A DNA stretch of 64,000 bases from a phage: sequence record PZ445551.1. The stretch is one strand, 5' to 3'. The notes beneath the pieces are model-generated. The model was not told the origin of the DNA. It was given only the letters and a program-made list of their open reading frames with translations, and made no database searches. Below, in pieces: positions 55,114-63,833 of the stretch (position 1 is its first letter; the number at the start of each line of letters is the position of its first letter). The translations under genes and the position numbers were made by a program.

Positions 55114-55142
55114 TTGCTTTATAGTCTCTGTTAATTTATAGT
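55114..55142 (+). promoter_or_regulatory. sigma70-like promoter (TTGCTT-N17-TATAGT)
   Basis: Hexamers read directly upstream of ATG 55188. Confidence 0.45.
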
Positions 55143-55187
55143 TATCGTGTAGGGCAAACAATTTTAAACGGTAAACGAGGAATCACC

Positions 55188-55571
55188 ATGAGCAATATCA
55201 GCAACCTGGCGGCTACTGTAAACGGTAAAGATTTTAACGGCGCTGTAGATCGTGATCCTATGTGGTGCTTATCAGTGTTTAAAGGCGATCTGGTTGAAGT
55301 TAGAACAACCGAAGGGTATAGCGATGATTATAAATGCGAGATCCATTTACACAACTGGTACACGGGTAAAACTTATGCGCTGAATCATGCGTTTATCGGC
55401 AAGGTTGAATATAGAGAAATGATCGACGAAGAAACGGGGCAAGATTTTAGCGAGCATGTTTATATTCGTTCCGAGACATTAGCCGAACGTTTGATCGAGA
55501 AAATGAAAGCAAAAAATAAAATTAATTTATCTCATTGGATTGATATAACAAACGATCCAGCTTATCAGTAA
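55188..55571 (+). CDS. Hypothetical early protein
   Basis: 127-aa ORF; SD GAGGAATCACC. Confidence 0.6.
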   Translation: MSNISNLAATVNGKDFNGAVDRDPMWCLSVFKGDLVEVRTTEGYSDDYKCEIHLHNWYTGKTYALNHAFIGKVEYREMIDEETGQDFSEHVYIRSETLAERLIEKMKAKNKINLSHWIDITNDPAYQ

Positions 55572-55583
55572 ATAACATTTCAT

Positions 55584-55613
55584 ACCAGGGCGCACAAAGC
55601 GCCCTTTCTTTTT
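55584..55613 (+). terminator. Rho-independent terminator (AGGGCGC-acaaa-GCGCCCT + TTCTTTTT)
   Basis: Perfect stem with T-tract right after the 55188-55571 stop. Confidence 0.7.
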
Positions 55614-55817
55614 ACCTAAATAAAGATGATAGCTTTTACCTATCAAAAACGTTCACCGAAAAAAGTGAATAGATCGCGGTATCGAGCTAATCAAGGAGCA
55701 GATGAACAACCATACCATGAAGATCATAAGGCGCTTACAACGTGTTTTAGACCGCTTATTTTTAATTTCTCAATGTAACTATCTGGCAAAAACAGCCTTT
55801 TTCTTGTCTTTCCTCTT

Positions 55818-55893
55818 AAATGATAATCATTCTTATTTATAGCTGATTATTTATGCAATAAACTGAATAATGCAATAATGATAATCATTCTTA
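55818..55893. promoter_or_regulatory. Two Fur-box-like sites (AATGATAATCATTCTTA)
   Basis: Two copies, each matching most of the E. coli Fur consensus GATAATGATAATCATTATC. Confidence 0.45.
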
Positions 55894-56250
55894 ACTTATG
55901 ACCATCTAACCTATAAAATAATAAGTTATCTAACTAAATTAAAACTAATTATCTCACCTTTATTTATAACTTACTGTTACTATCTCATTGATAACCTTAT
56001 ATTAAACAACAATAACCAATATAAATCATTACTAAGCTAAATATAATCTATCTAACCTTTAAAACTATAACTATAATCTATCGAATTGTTGCACAAAGTA
56101 ACTATTAAATTGTTAGTAACATTACTAAATAATTAATATCCTATCTATTTATGATCTAATCTTTATCTTCCTATCTATTACCTAAATAATCATTTCATAC
56201 AGTAATCATTTCATACAATAATTATAACAAGAAATATAATTCGCAAGCGT

Positions 56251-56430
56251 ATCATTAGCAGCCTATGCCGGACACATAGGCGGCTAATAATAACGCAACT
56301 ACACACCCCACATAATAACCATCACCGATAGTTATTATTTGTGCTTATGTAGCTTGCAACAATTGCAAGCGCAACAATATACATGGTATATTGTATCCCT
56401 TACATTGTTGCGGTGCGTTATTATTAGCTA
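56251..56430. repeat. Large imperfect inverted repeat with nested palindromes (CCTATG/CATAGG; CTTGCAA-caa-TTGCAAG; GCTAATAATAACGCAAC / GTTGCG..GTTATTATTAGC)
   Basis: Inverted-repeat arms read directly in an AT-rich non-coding region; could form a cruciform or hairpin. Confidence 0.5.
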
Positions 56431-56756
56431 ATGTTTAGAACATTGGCTATAATATAAGCTAAGTAATAAGCTATGCAATAATAAACATGGTGAATAATGA
56501 CATTGATGATCATAATGCGCCACCTTCCAGGGGGCGCTATGTGAACACAAAGAAATCTTTCTTGTCAAGAAAAAATATTGCCATTATTGCGCAAAATTAT
56601 TTATATCTGAATAGATGATTTTTCATACTATTGCCCCATATAACATACCTCATTTGTTGAGCATAGTTATAGCCTATTTGTTGAGCCTACTTTCTTAAAA
56701 GCGCAATAAATCAGAATTATCTTGATTTTTAGTCTGTTTTATAGTATAGAAAGTAT

Positions 56757-56778
56757 GCAAATGATAATCATTATCAGC
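56757..56778. promoter_or_regulatory. Fur-box-like site containing AATGATAATCATTATC (16/16 match to consensus positions 4-19)
   Basis: Direct match to the canonical Fur box core. Confidence 0.5.
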
Positions 56779-56940
56779 TATCTTCCACGGGTAGCACTAT
56801 TTCACGCCAGATCATTTCATTTGGCAAGGTGTATATAGATGTTTAGACTTGCCAAGCCATTGATTTACTTAGAATTTATCTGTTTTGTTGTGAGTAGAGC
56901 CTTTCTTGCTCAGAAAATAATCAAAAGTCTTATAAGTCAT

Positions 56941-56976
56941 TGAATGATAATGCAAATGATAATTATTCTCATTGAT
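56941..56976. promoter_or_regulatory. Fur-box-like repeats (TGAATGATAATGCAAATGATAATTATTCTCATTGAT)
   Basis: Tandem GATAAT-type hexamers. Confidence 0.4.
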
Positions 56977-57332
56977 ATTTGAGGGGGACGGTCGGCAGAA
57001 ATCGGGGGGCGCTGAAAATCGCGTTAAGCACCTCTCGCAAGCGAGCAGTATTTTGCGGCAAGTTATTGATATTATTGGCTTTACGCTTATGAAAAGGGGG
57101 TGTGTCGAAATAAATCGGGTATACCGGAAAATTTTTGTGGCATAGATATTTATTTGTCTATATTATGTACAAAAGGGTGTGTTAAAAATATTAGGTATAT
57201 ATAGAATAATTGATAGGGAAATCCTATACTAATTCCTCCATTAATGATGTTTCTATGTTACTGTTCTTGTAACAGATGAAAAGACGCTGTATGATGTGTG
57301 GCATGAAACGTAAATTTATAAAGGAGTCTGAT

Positions 57333-57692
57333 ATGTGTGTTCCTCTTAGCAGTCCACTGCTGTTAGAATTTTACAAAGCATGGATGGAAGATCATTCCTC
57401 AATGCATCGTGAGAATGTTGGTTTGTGTAATTGCCTTATGGATTACCTGGCAACCACTATGTCAAAGAAAAAACCTACGGAAGAAGATATAGAATATTTC
57501 AAGATGGTTCGTAGCAAAACGCTGGAAGAGATGAAACTGCAATTCACGTGTGCTGGGCTATCCTCCTTTCTACCCTTTAATTATGATCTTCTGTGTTATG
57601 AAGATGAAGGTAAGACACATTCTTGCCATACCAACCCAAAGAGATTGCAGTGGGTGAAAGATCGTATTGCCGATTCATGCAAGGGTGTGTAG
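57333..57692 (+). CDS. Cys/His-rich small protein, paralog family member 1
   Basis: Start at ATG 57333 with SD AAGGAG; motifs LLEFYKAW, GLCNCL, QFTCAGL, PFN, RLQWVKDRI shared with three paralogs. Confidence 0.6.
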   Translation: MCVPLSSPLLLEFYKAWMEDHSSMHRENVGLCNCLMDYLATTMSKKKPTEEDIEYFKMVRSKTLEEMKLQFTCAGLSSFLPFNYDLLCYEDEGKTHSCHTNPKRLQWVKDRIADSCKGV

Positions 57693-57693
57693 A

Positions 57694-57849
57694 ATGTTGG
57701 AATTGATTGGGATAGTTTGGTTAATGATAAAAGCAGGTTTCGTCGGTTTCGGACTTCTTATAATTTTGTGTATGTTCCTTAGTGCAATACAGGCATTCTT
57801 TTATCTGCTAGGTAGAATACTTAAGTTGGGAGGTGATAATGAAAAGTAA
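57694..57849 (+). CDS. Small membrane protein (51 aa)
   Basis: Hydrophobic helix IGIVWLMIKAGFVGFGLLIILCMFL; longest ORF from 57667. Confidence 0.45.
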   Translation: MLELIGIVWLMIKAGFVGFGLLIILCMFLSAIQAFFYLLGRILKLGGDNEK

Positions 57850-58207
57850 TATTCCGTTGAGTAGTGCAGCTTTAATACGATTCTATAAAGCATGGATTGC
57901 CAACCATCCTGCAATGAATCGCACAACGAGTGGCTTATGTGGTTGTCTGGTAGATTATGTAGATGATTTTGTTGGTGAGATAACTAGAGAAGAAGATAAA
58001 AGATGGCGTGATCGTTTGTTGGATAGTTTGAAATACGAAATGAGGAAACAATTTACATGTGCAGGACTGGACTACAATCTTCCGTTCAATGCAGATTGCA
58101 TGGATTACCTTTCAGAGTGTATAGACTTGGCGTGTCATACCAACACGTTACGTCTTCAATGGGTGAAAGACAGAATCGAAGATGCAAATAATGCTTGCAT
58201 TGAATAG
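57839..58207 (+). CDS. Cys/His-rich small protein, paralog family member 2
   Basis: SD GGGAGGTGATA; motifs LIRFYKAW, GLCGCL, QFTCAGL, PFN, RLQWVKDRI. Confidence 0.6.
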   Translation: MKSNIPLSSAALIRFYKAWIANHPAMNRTTSGLCGCLVDYVDDFVGEITREEDKRWRDRLLDSLKYEMRKQFTCAGLDYNLPFNADCMDYLSECIDLACHTNTLRLQWVKDRIEDANNACIE

Positions 58208-58277
58208 AAATGTCTGTACACTGTGTTCCATAAGATATACAATATCGCGCATAACAAACTACTAATGAGAGGTGTAA

Positions 58278-58736
58278 ATGAAAACTGTATCTTTGTATCT
58301 TGCTAACACGGAGCGTGTACATAATCTTGTAAAAGAATGCGGTGTGAGTGTTCAATTTAATACAGGAAAGCCTTCCGTGGTGACAGGCAGTGAGATATGT
58401 GTTATTGATTTCCTCAATGAATATTTTCGTGGAAAACCTATTGCTCGTCACTTCATTCAAGAAATGCGAGATGTACTACAGGCTTATGAATTCTACCCTG
58501 AAGTTTGTGAACGCTATGAAACGATTCTTAGCTCTGTAGAAGATCCAGATACTAGTGAAACAGGTGCTTCCCACTTGCTGTGGATGTTGAATGAAATTCA
58601 GGATGGGTGTAATGGTATGTCTGAAACCAAACGCCATCGTTGGCTAGGCTATATTCAGGGTGTTATGGTTATGAAAAACCTTATTACAGTGAATGATGAA
58701 CGTAACGCTACACGCCCAGTCTTTAATGGAGCATAA
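58278..58736 (+). CDS. Hypothetical protein
   Basis: 152-aa ORF; SD GAGAGGTG. Confidence 0.6.
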   Translation: MKTVSLYLANTERVHNLVKECGVSVQFNTGKPSVVTGSEICVIDFLNEYFRGKPIARHFIQEMRDVLQAYEFYPEVCERYETILSSVEDPDTSETGASHLLWMLNEIQDGCNGMSETKRHRWLGYIQGVMVMKNLITVNDERNATRPVFNGA

Positions 58737-58737
58737 C

Positions 58738-58953
58738 ATGAAAAGCATTAGGGTGTGTATCGAAAATAATTGTGGTTATCTGGGGTTGACACACGTCGCT
58801 TTCCCTCTTATATTGGATGCCGATATAGCTTACAGCGGAGTTGCTTATGTGTCATTCAAAACAATGAGCCAAGTACCTGGCTGGAATTGGGAAGTGGTTG
58901 ATGTTGTTGAAGGAGAAGACTATGTTTTCCTTCCACACGAATATACAGTTTAA
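58738..58953 (+). CDS. Hypothetical small protein
   Basis: Start at ATG 58738 with SD GGAGCATAAC; 71 aa. Confidence 0.5.
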   Translation: MKSIRVCIENNCGYLGLTHVAFPLILDADIAYSGVAYVSFKTMSQVPGWNWEVVDVVEGEDYVFLPHEYTV

Positions 58954-58967
58954 AAGAGGAAAAGAAG

Positions 58968-59144
58968 ATGGATAAACAAACTACTATGTACTTAGTAACA
59001 AAGAATACCCCAGGCTGGAGCCAATGCAGCACTGTTCCTTATAAGATCTGTGCAACATTAGAACTAGCACAACGTGCAGAAGCAGAAGTGAATGCCATGC
59101 AATACAGCTATGGTGAAATCATTCCTTTTACTCTTGAACAATAA
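58968..59144 (+). CDS. Small hypothetical protein (58 aa, below the ORF-track threshold)
   Basis: ATG 58968 after AAGAGGAAAAGAAG; hand-translated. Confidence 0.45.
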   Translation: MDKQTTMYLVTKNTPGWSQCSTVPYKICATLELAQRAEAEVNAMQYSYGEIIPFTLEQ

Positions 59145-59155
59145 GGATTTGTGTA

Positions 59156-59608
59156 ATGTTTGAAATTGGTAAAGTGTATCGTTTTAAGAACCCATCTTAT
59201 ATCCGTAAGTTTGCTAACGTGTCTGAGTGCAATAGCAGGATTGCTTCTTTCTTAGGTGATTCTTATTTTCGTGTATTAGATGTGGATGATTGGTATGGTG
59301 TCACTGCTTTGCAATCCTTGGCAGGAGAACAAGAAATTATCGCTCAAAATGAAGGAGACTTTCTTCAGTGTTACACGTTGCTTGCAAAAAGTGAGTTTGA
59401 GTATTTTGTAGAAGTCTTAGAGGAAGCACCAAAAAGTAAACACGAAGAGAAATACCTGCTTGTAGTGGATGGAGTTCCGATCATGGAAACCATCTCCCGT
59501 GAGGAAGTTGAAAAAGAGGCGAAACGTTACAAACTGGATCGTACACAGAGTGTAGTTGAAATCTATTCTCTTGTTGGTGTTGCAGATATTAGTGTGAACA
59601 TCGTATAA
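59156..59608 (+). CDS. Hypothetical protein
   Basis: 150-aa ORF. Confidence 0.6.
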   Translation: MFEIGKVYRFKNPSYIRKFANVSECNSRIASFLGDSYFRVLDVDDWYGVTALQSLAGEQEIIAQNEGDFLQCYTLLAKSEFEYFVEVLEEAPKSKHEEKYLLVVDGVPIMETISREEVEKEAKRYKLDRTQSVVEIYSLVGVADISVNIV

Positions 59609-59611
59609 TAT

Positions 59612-59824
59612 ATGTGTAATGACAGATACATTCTCCGTGTATCTGATAAGTCTCCTATGTTTGACTGGCGGGGCTGGTGGCTACTAGCTCCGATGCAAGG
59701 TCTGACAGACGTGGAAAAGGAGGCTTATGTGTATACAAAAGAAGAGATAGAAGATAGCCTTTATTTGACAGATAACATTAAGAATGGTATCTTTGAGTGT
59801 AAATTGAAAGGAGAGGAAGAATGA
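59612..59824 (+). CDS. Hypothetical small protein
   Basis: 70-aa ORF. Confidence 0.5.
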   Translation: MCNDRYILRVSDKSPMFDWRGWWLLAPMQGLTDVEKEAYVYTKEEIEDSLYLTDNIKNGIFECKLKGEEE

Positions 59825-60120
59825 CTATTACAGAAAAACTGCGCTGTATTGCAAAGCAAAGTGGAGAAGGTTTATGGTTTCCTATTGAGGAAATTATTCA
59901 GGACTGTTATGATCAGGCTAAGACTGGCAAATACTCCAAAGCATTTAAACCGTCTGTTTTCGGTTTGGATGACTATCCAAAAAATGAACAAGCAAAGAAA
60001 CGACAAGTTGATTTGATTGATCTTGCTATGGAAGCACTACGAGAGCATGGGCTTAGTAAGGTGTATGCTTTAAACACCAAAGAGGGCTTTGTAGATTCAG
60101 TGATCGTAGACTGGTATTAA
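59821..60120 (+). CDS. Hypothetical protein
   Basis: 99-aa ORF; 4-nt overlap with the upstream gene. Confidence 0.55.
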   Translation: MTITEKLRCIAKQSGEGLWFPIEEIIQDCYDQAKTGKYSKAFKPSVFGLDDYPKNEQAKKRQVDLIDLAMEALREHGLSKVYALNTKEGFVDSVIVDWY

Positions 60121-60129
60121 GGAGAAGCC

Positions 60130-60498
60130 ATGCAAGAAAATAATAAAGTGTGTAACATGAAAAGCAGCCCCTATTTGCTACAATTTTATGAGTGGTGGTT
60201 AGAACAAGAAGATACAAACTTTAGCAAAAAGCATTATGGTCTTTGCACGTGTCTTGTAGACTTCTTATACAATATTGCTTGGATAAAAGATGTTGAGAAT
60301 GTAGCAAACCTCCAGTCCTCTGTACGAGAGGAAATGAAGGAACAGTTTAAGAAAGCAGGTTTGAACCATTTACACCCATTTAATACAGATTTCTCACATT
60401 ACTTTACGGAAACAGAGTTAGGCATTGCACACCTTAACAAAGAACGTGTACAATGGGTGATTGATCGTATTCGTGATATGGAGGAATATAATGGTTAA
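60130..60498 (+). CDS. Cys/His-rich small protein, paralog family member 3
   Basis: Motifs LLQFYEWW, GLCTCL, QFKKAGL, PFN, RVQWVIDRI. Confidence 0.6.
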   Translation: MQENNKVCNMKSSPYLLQFYEWWLEQEDTNFSKKHYGLCTCLVDFLYNIAWIKDVENVANLQSSVREEMKEQFKKAGLNHLHPFNTDFSHYFTETELGIAHLNKERVQWVIDRIRDMEEYNG

Positions 60499-60700
60499 GT
60501 TTAAAACTTTCTGTGCAATCTCTGTTTGTCTTATTCTTGCATACGTGTTATTCTCTAGTATCATTCGTTTAGGTGAGTATATGGCAAGAGAAGCTCGTGA
60601 AAGTGAAGCTAAAAAAGAACAGTGCATCGTGTTAAAGCACCAAAGGGATGCTGAAAAATTTCTTGAACAGGATTGTGGGCGCTATGTGAATTATAATTAG
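60491..60700 (+). CDS. Small membrane-anchored protein
   Basis: Start at ATG 60491 with SD GGAGGAATATA; N-terminal transmembrane helix. Confidence 0.5.
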   Translation: MVKFKTFCAISVCLILAYVLFSSIIRLGEYMAREARESEAKKEQCIVLKHQRDAEKFLEQDCGRYVNYN

Positions 60701-60709
60701 GAGGGAAGT

Positions 60710-60958
60710 ATGTTAGATATTTTTACCTTTGATCGTGTTGGTACACCGATTACCGAAGAAGAACGTACCAAAATTGAACAAGAATTGGATGCTTTACGTG
60801 CGTCTCTTACAGACACAGCCTCACTACAACGTGAAGCTGCACATCTCACAGAGATCACTGGTATTCAGTGGAGCACGGAGTGGGTTGTAATTACAATTGA
60901 AGCGGATATTTGGGGACATGAAGAGACGCTACGTACCGGAGTAGTAACGGTTTGGTGA
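60710..60958 (+). CDS. Hypothetical small protein
   Basis: 82-aa ORF; SD GGAGGGAAG. Confidence 0.55.
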   Translation: MLDIFTFDRVGTPITEEERTKIEQELDALRASLTDTASLQREAAHLTEITGIQWSTEWVVITIEADIWGHEETLRTGVVTVW

Positions 60959-61004
60959 TAGATGTTATTCTTTTGTGTTTCTTGATATATAAATAGGAGG
61001 GTTT

Positions 61005-61229
61005 ATGGTAAAACGTCTGGAATGGGATGCGTGTACTGCTCACGCTTGTCACTGTAATATTGTGGAAGATCCTAATGGAGAAATGGTGTATTATGAGGAT
61101 TACGAAGCATTGCATAATGCTGTGATCGCTTTACTGGATGATATTAGCTCACGCTATCCAGGACAACAGTTTACGTGTCCACATATCCAACTATTAGCCA
61201 AACTTACGGAGTATCCAAGTGTTTCATAA
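61005..61229 (+). CDS. Hypothetical small protein
   Basis: 74-aa ORF; SD AGGAGGG. Confidence 0.55.
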   Translation: MVKRLEWDACTAHACHCNIVEDPNGEMVYYEDYEALHNAVIALLDDISSRYPGQQFTCPHIQLLAKLTEYPSVS

Positions 61230-61230
61230 T

Positions 61231-61398
61231 ATGGGTGTCCCTGAACAACTCCTCTTTATTGTAGGATTAGTGGGCTTATTAGCGGCTGGAGCCAAAGCCG
61301 CTTCTCACACGCATCACATAATGTTAAGATTTCTGTTCCTACTCCCTTCTATCCTTGTATTATTAGTCATATTGATTGATAACATTTTTCACAATTAA
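61231..61398 (+). CDS. Small membrane peptide (55 aa), weak RBS
   Basis: Hydrophobic ORF filling the gap between neighbouring genes; hand-translated; no clear SD. Confidence 0.3.
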   Translation: MGVPEQLLFIVGLVGLLAAGAKAASHTHHIMLRFLFLLPSILVLLVILIDNIFHN

Positions 61399-61407
61399 GG
61401 AGAGGTT

Positions 61408-61992
61408 ATGAGTAAAATTATACCAAGCAGTTATGAATTATTGCAGTTTTATGTATATTACTTAGACTGGGTTAATAGATCGAATGTTAAAGACAATGCG
61501 ATGTTTAGTAAAAACATCTGTTTAACAGAAAGTATCTTCCGTTATTGGCACACAGGCAGAAAGTGTACACACAGTGAAGCTATGCGTATTGTAGGTGAAT
61601 ACCTGGAGCAATTGCAAAAAGCAGAACTTCCTGTCCTTCACCCATTCAACGAATCTAAAGAAGAATTAGAACAAGAGTGTAGAGAAGGTAAGTGCCATTT
61701 AAATGAAAAACGTATCGAATGGGTGAGGCAACGTTTAGCCGATGCAGGAAAGACTCCTAGTGACTCTGACTATACGTGGTATGATGTAGAGGGTTTAGTT
61801 CAAGGTTTTGAGGCTTGTGCTATAGATAATACCAACTTTGCCAAAGTTTTATGTGAGGCTTATGATCTGGCAGATAAAATCCGAAATCACGGATGGAAAC
61901 AAGAGCATAAAGAATCATATGAACGCCTTGACAAGATTTTCAAACAGATCTATTCTAACCACAAGAAGATGTTCCAAATGGAGGATGTGTAA
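61408..61992 (+). CDS. Cys/His-rich protein, paralog family member 4 (extended C-terminus)
   Basis: Motifs LLQFYVYYL, PFN, RIEWVRQRL; SD AAGGAGAGG. Confidence 0.6.
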   Translation: MSKIIPSSYELLQFYVYYLDWVNRSNVKDNAMFSKNICLTESIFRYWHTGRKCTHSEAMRIVGEYLEQLQKAELPVLHPFNESKEELEQECREGKCHLNEKRIEWVRQRLADAGKTPSDSDYTWYDVEGLVQGFEACAIDNTNFAKVLCEAYDLADKIRNHGWKQEHKESYERLDKIFKQIYSNHKKMFQMEDV

Positions 61993-62678
61993 TGAAAGAG
62001 ATTATGTTTGAAGGGCATTGTTACGAAGTTCCAGACAATGCAAATTTCATGGCTCGTGATATCACTGGAGATGTGTTCTGGTTTGAAGATGAACCTATGT
62101 TTTCTTCGAACAAACACTGGTTTTCACAACAATCTTCTTCGGAAAATATGACTTTTGGCTACGTAGAGTCTAAAGTACGTTGCAAAGCAGCTTCTTCTTT
62201 GGTAAAAATTTCCCAAGATGACCAAGAAAATACTCAAGATGTTGTTAGTGCGCTACTGAAGTACATTGCAGAACTTGAGAAGAAAATTAAAGAAGCAGAA
62301 ACTAAGGTGAAAGCACGATCAGCAATCATCGAAACTATGTCTGAACGTATTTTAGAACTAGAAGATTTGTGTGGAGAGGCTTATCAAGTGGTTGGTGCGC
62401 TGGCGTGTGAAGCACAAATGTTTGAAACTTCAGAACAAGTTTCGCATATGTTAGATAATTTGAGTGAATGTAAAATGATTCATGATGATGTATTGCCATT
62501 TTGTTGCAATGTTAACAAAACAGAGCAAACACAAGATTCAGAAACAGTTTATGTTCCGCTAATGTGTGTTCCAGATCATCTAAAAGGTGTATTCTCTTGT
62601 AAATGGTCGCTGTTGAGCGTTACTAATTGTGGTGAAAACTATTCTGCCAACATTGAATTGCTAAAACACGTTAAATAA
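61992..62678 (+). CDS. Hypothetical protein (Cys-rich)
   Basis: 228-aa ORF. Confidence 0.6.
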   Translation: MKEIMFEGHCYEVPDNANFMARDITGDVFWFEDEPMFSSNKHWFSQQSSSENMTFGYVESKVRCKAASSLVKISQDDQENTQDVVSALLKYIAELEKKIKEAETKVKARSAIIETMSERILELEDLCGEAYQVVGALACEAQMFETSEQVSHMLDNLSECKMIHDDVLPFCCNVNKTEQTQDSETVYVPLMCVPDHLKGVFSCKWSLLSVTNCGENYSANIELLKHVK

Positions 62679-62688
62679 GGAGAGTAAT

Positions 62689-63093
62689 ATGTGGTCTGTT
62701 AAAATCAAATATAATGCGCAGTATTATGGTGGAAAGCCTTACGAAGTTGTTATTTGTGATTGTATCTCTAAAGAAGTTGCACAGCTTTGTGGCGCTGGTG
62801 TTAGTGAAGCTATGAACAAAATGCATAACTCTACTGTGCGTTACTTGGATCAAGATATTCCAGAAGATGTAAATGACTATGCTTACGAAGTTATTTACAG
62901 TGAAGGTAAGAAGCTCTCTATTGAAGATGCACTTAAAGCACTACCTGCTATGTGCAGCCCAACACCAAAAGCAGTTAAAGAGATTTTACCAGAATCCAAC
63001 CCCGATGAATATGCTGCTATGGTTGCTTCGGACATGTGGAATCTCTGTCGAGAAACTATGATTAAAAATCTGGTGGAAATGGCGCATGAGTAA
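62689..63093 (+). CDS. Hypothetical protein
   Basis: 134-aa ORF; SD AAGGAGAG. Confidence 0.6.
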   Translation: MWSVKIKYNAQYYGGKPYEVVICDCISKEVAQLCGAGVSEAMNKMHNSTVRYLDQDIPEDVNDYAYEVIYSEGKKLSIEDALKALPAMCSPTPKAVKEILPESNPDEYAAMVASDMWNLCRETMIKNLVEMAHE

Positions 63094-63304
63094 AACGCAC
63101 TTTATACATCCGTTTGATCCAAAGAACAAGGCGGTTATACACCGCCGTTGGACTGAAACGCGCATTACAAAATGTCCTGTGCCAGCAGCACAGGAATATA
63201 ACAAAACATATAAAGCAGAATTTGTGGAGTACACCTTTGTAAATAACAAAGGGAAGGAGGTTTATGTTCCAGAATACTGCCTTTGGATAAAATGGGAGGA
63301 ATAA
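63086..63304 (+). CDS. Hypothetical small protein
   Basis: 72-aa ORF; overlapping start/stop with neighbours. Confidence 0.5.
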   Translation: MSKTHFIHPFDPKNKAVIHRRWTETRITKCPVPAAQEYNKTYKAEFVEYTFVNNKGKEVYVPEYCLWIKWEE

Positions 63305-63471
63305 TGCAAACATTTTTTATCGACAAGTTCAATAAAAGTATGAACACGTGGATGGCAACATTCACTATGCAATTTGCGTCATTTAAAGAAGCTCAAGAAT
63401 GGTGCGATCAACACAAGGATTTTGATTTTTACTATCAAGTTAATGCAAACCTTTCTCCAGAGGAGAAATAA
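63304..63471 (+). CDS. Hypothetical small protein
   Basis: Start at ATG 63304 with SD GGGAGGAATA; 55 aa. Confidence 0.5.
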   Translation: MQTFFIDKFNKSMNTWMATFTMQFASFKEAQEWCDQHKDFDFYYQVNANLSPEEK

Positions 63472-63472
63472 T

Positions 63473-63817
63473 ATGTTGGCTGATATTGAAATCCTTATGT
63501 ACCGACAAGGTATGATCAAAATGTGGCTAGATTCTTTTAGCAACATATACTGCACAGTACGATCAGCAGACGAGCGTAAAACGCTTATTTTATCTGCTAT
63601 TGTTGATAAACAACGTTTCTTCAAAGAAATTTTGCAAACAGGCTTCTCCGATGCAGGAGTAGAGATTGCAACGCTTAGTCTTGGAGTGCTGTCTTACTTG
63701 GAATCCGTTGTTTTATATGTCTTCTCTTTAGAAGAACACTTGCAATTTGAAGCATTAAAACTTATCTTAGATGCTGCAATTGACATAGAACAAAATCGAA
63801 TTGATTCTTTTGAATAA
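63473..63817 (+). CDS. Hypothetical protein
   Basis: Start at ATG 63473 with SD GGAGAAATAAT; 114 aa. Confidence 0.55.
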   Translation: MLADIEILMYRQGMIKMWLDSFSNIYCTVRSADERKTLILSAIVDKQRFFKEILQTGFSDAGVEIATLSLGVLSYLESVVLYVFSLEEHLQFEALKLILDAAIDIEQNRIDSFE

Positions 63818-63833
63818 AAATAAGGAGGAAACT

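Noticed and set aside
45830-55142. GC stem-loops in the early region as intrinsic terminators
   Set aside because: Each hairpin is followed by A-rich rather than U-rich sequence on the coding strand and lies between the -10 box and the RBS, so it is better explained as a 5'-UTR structure. The true terminators (50352, 54424, 55584) have a different GGGCGC/GCGCCC stem and T-runs.
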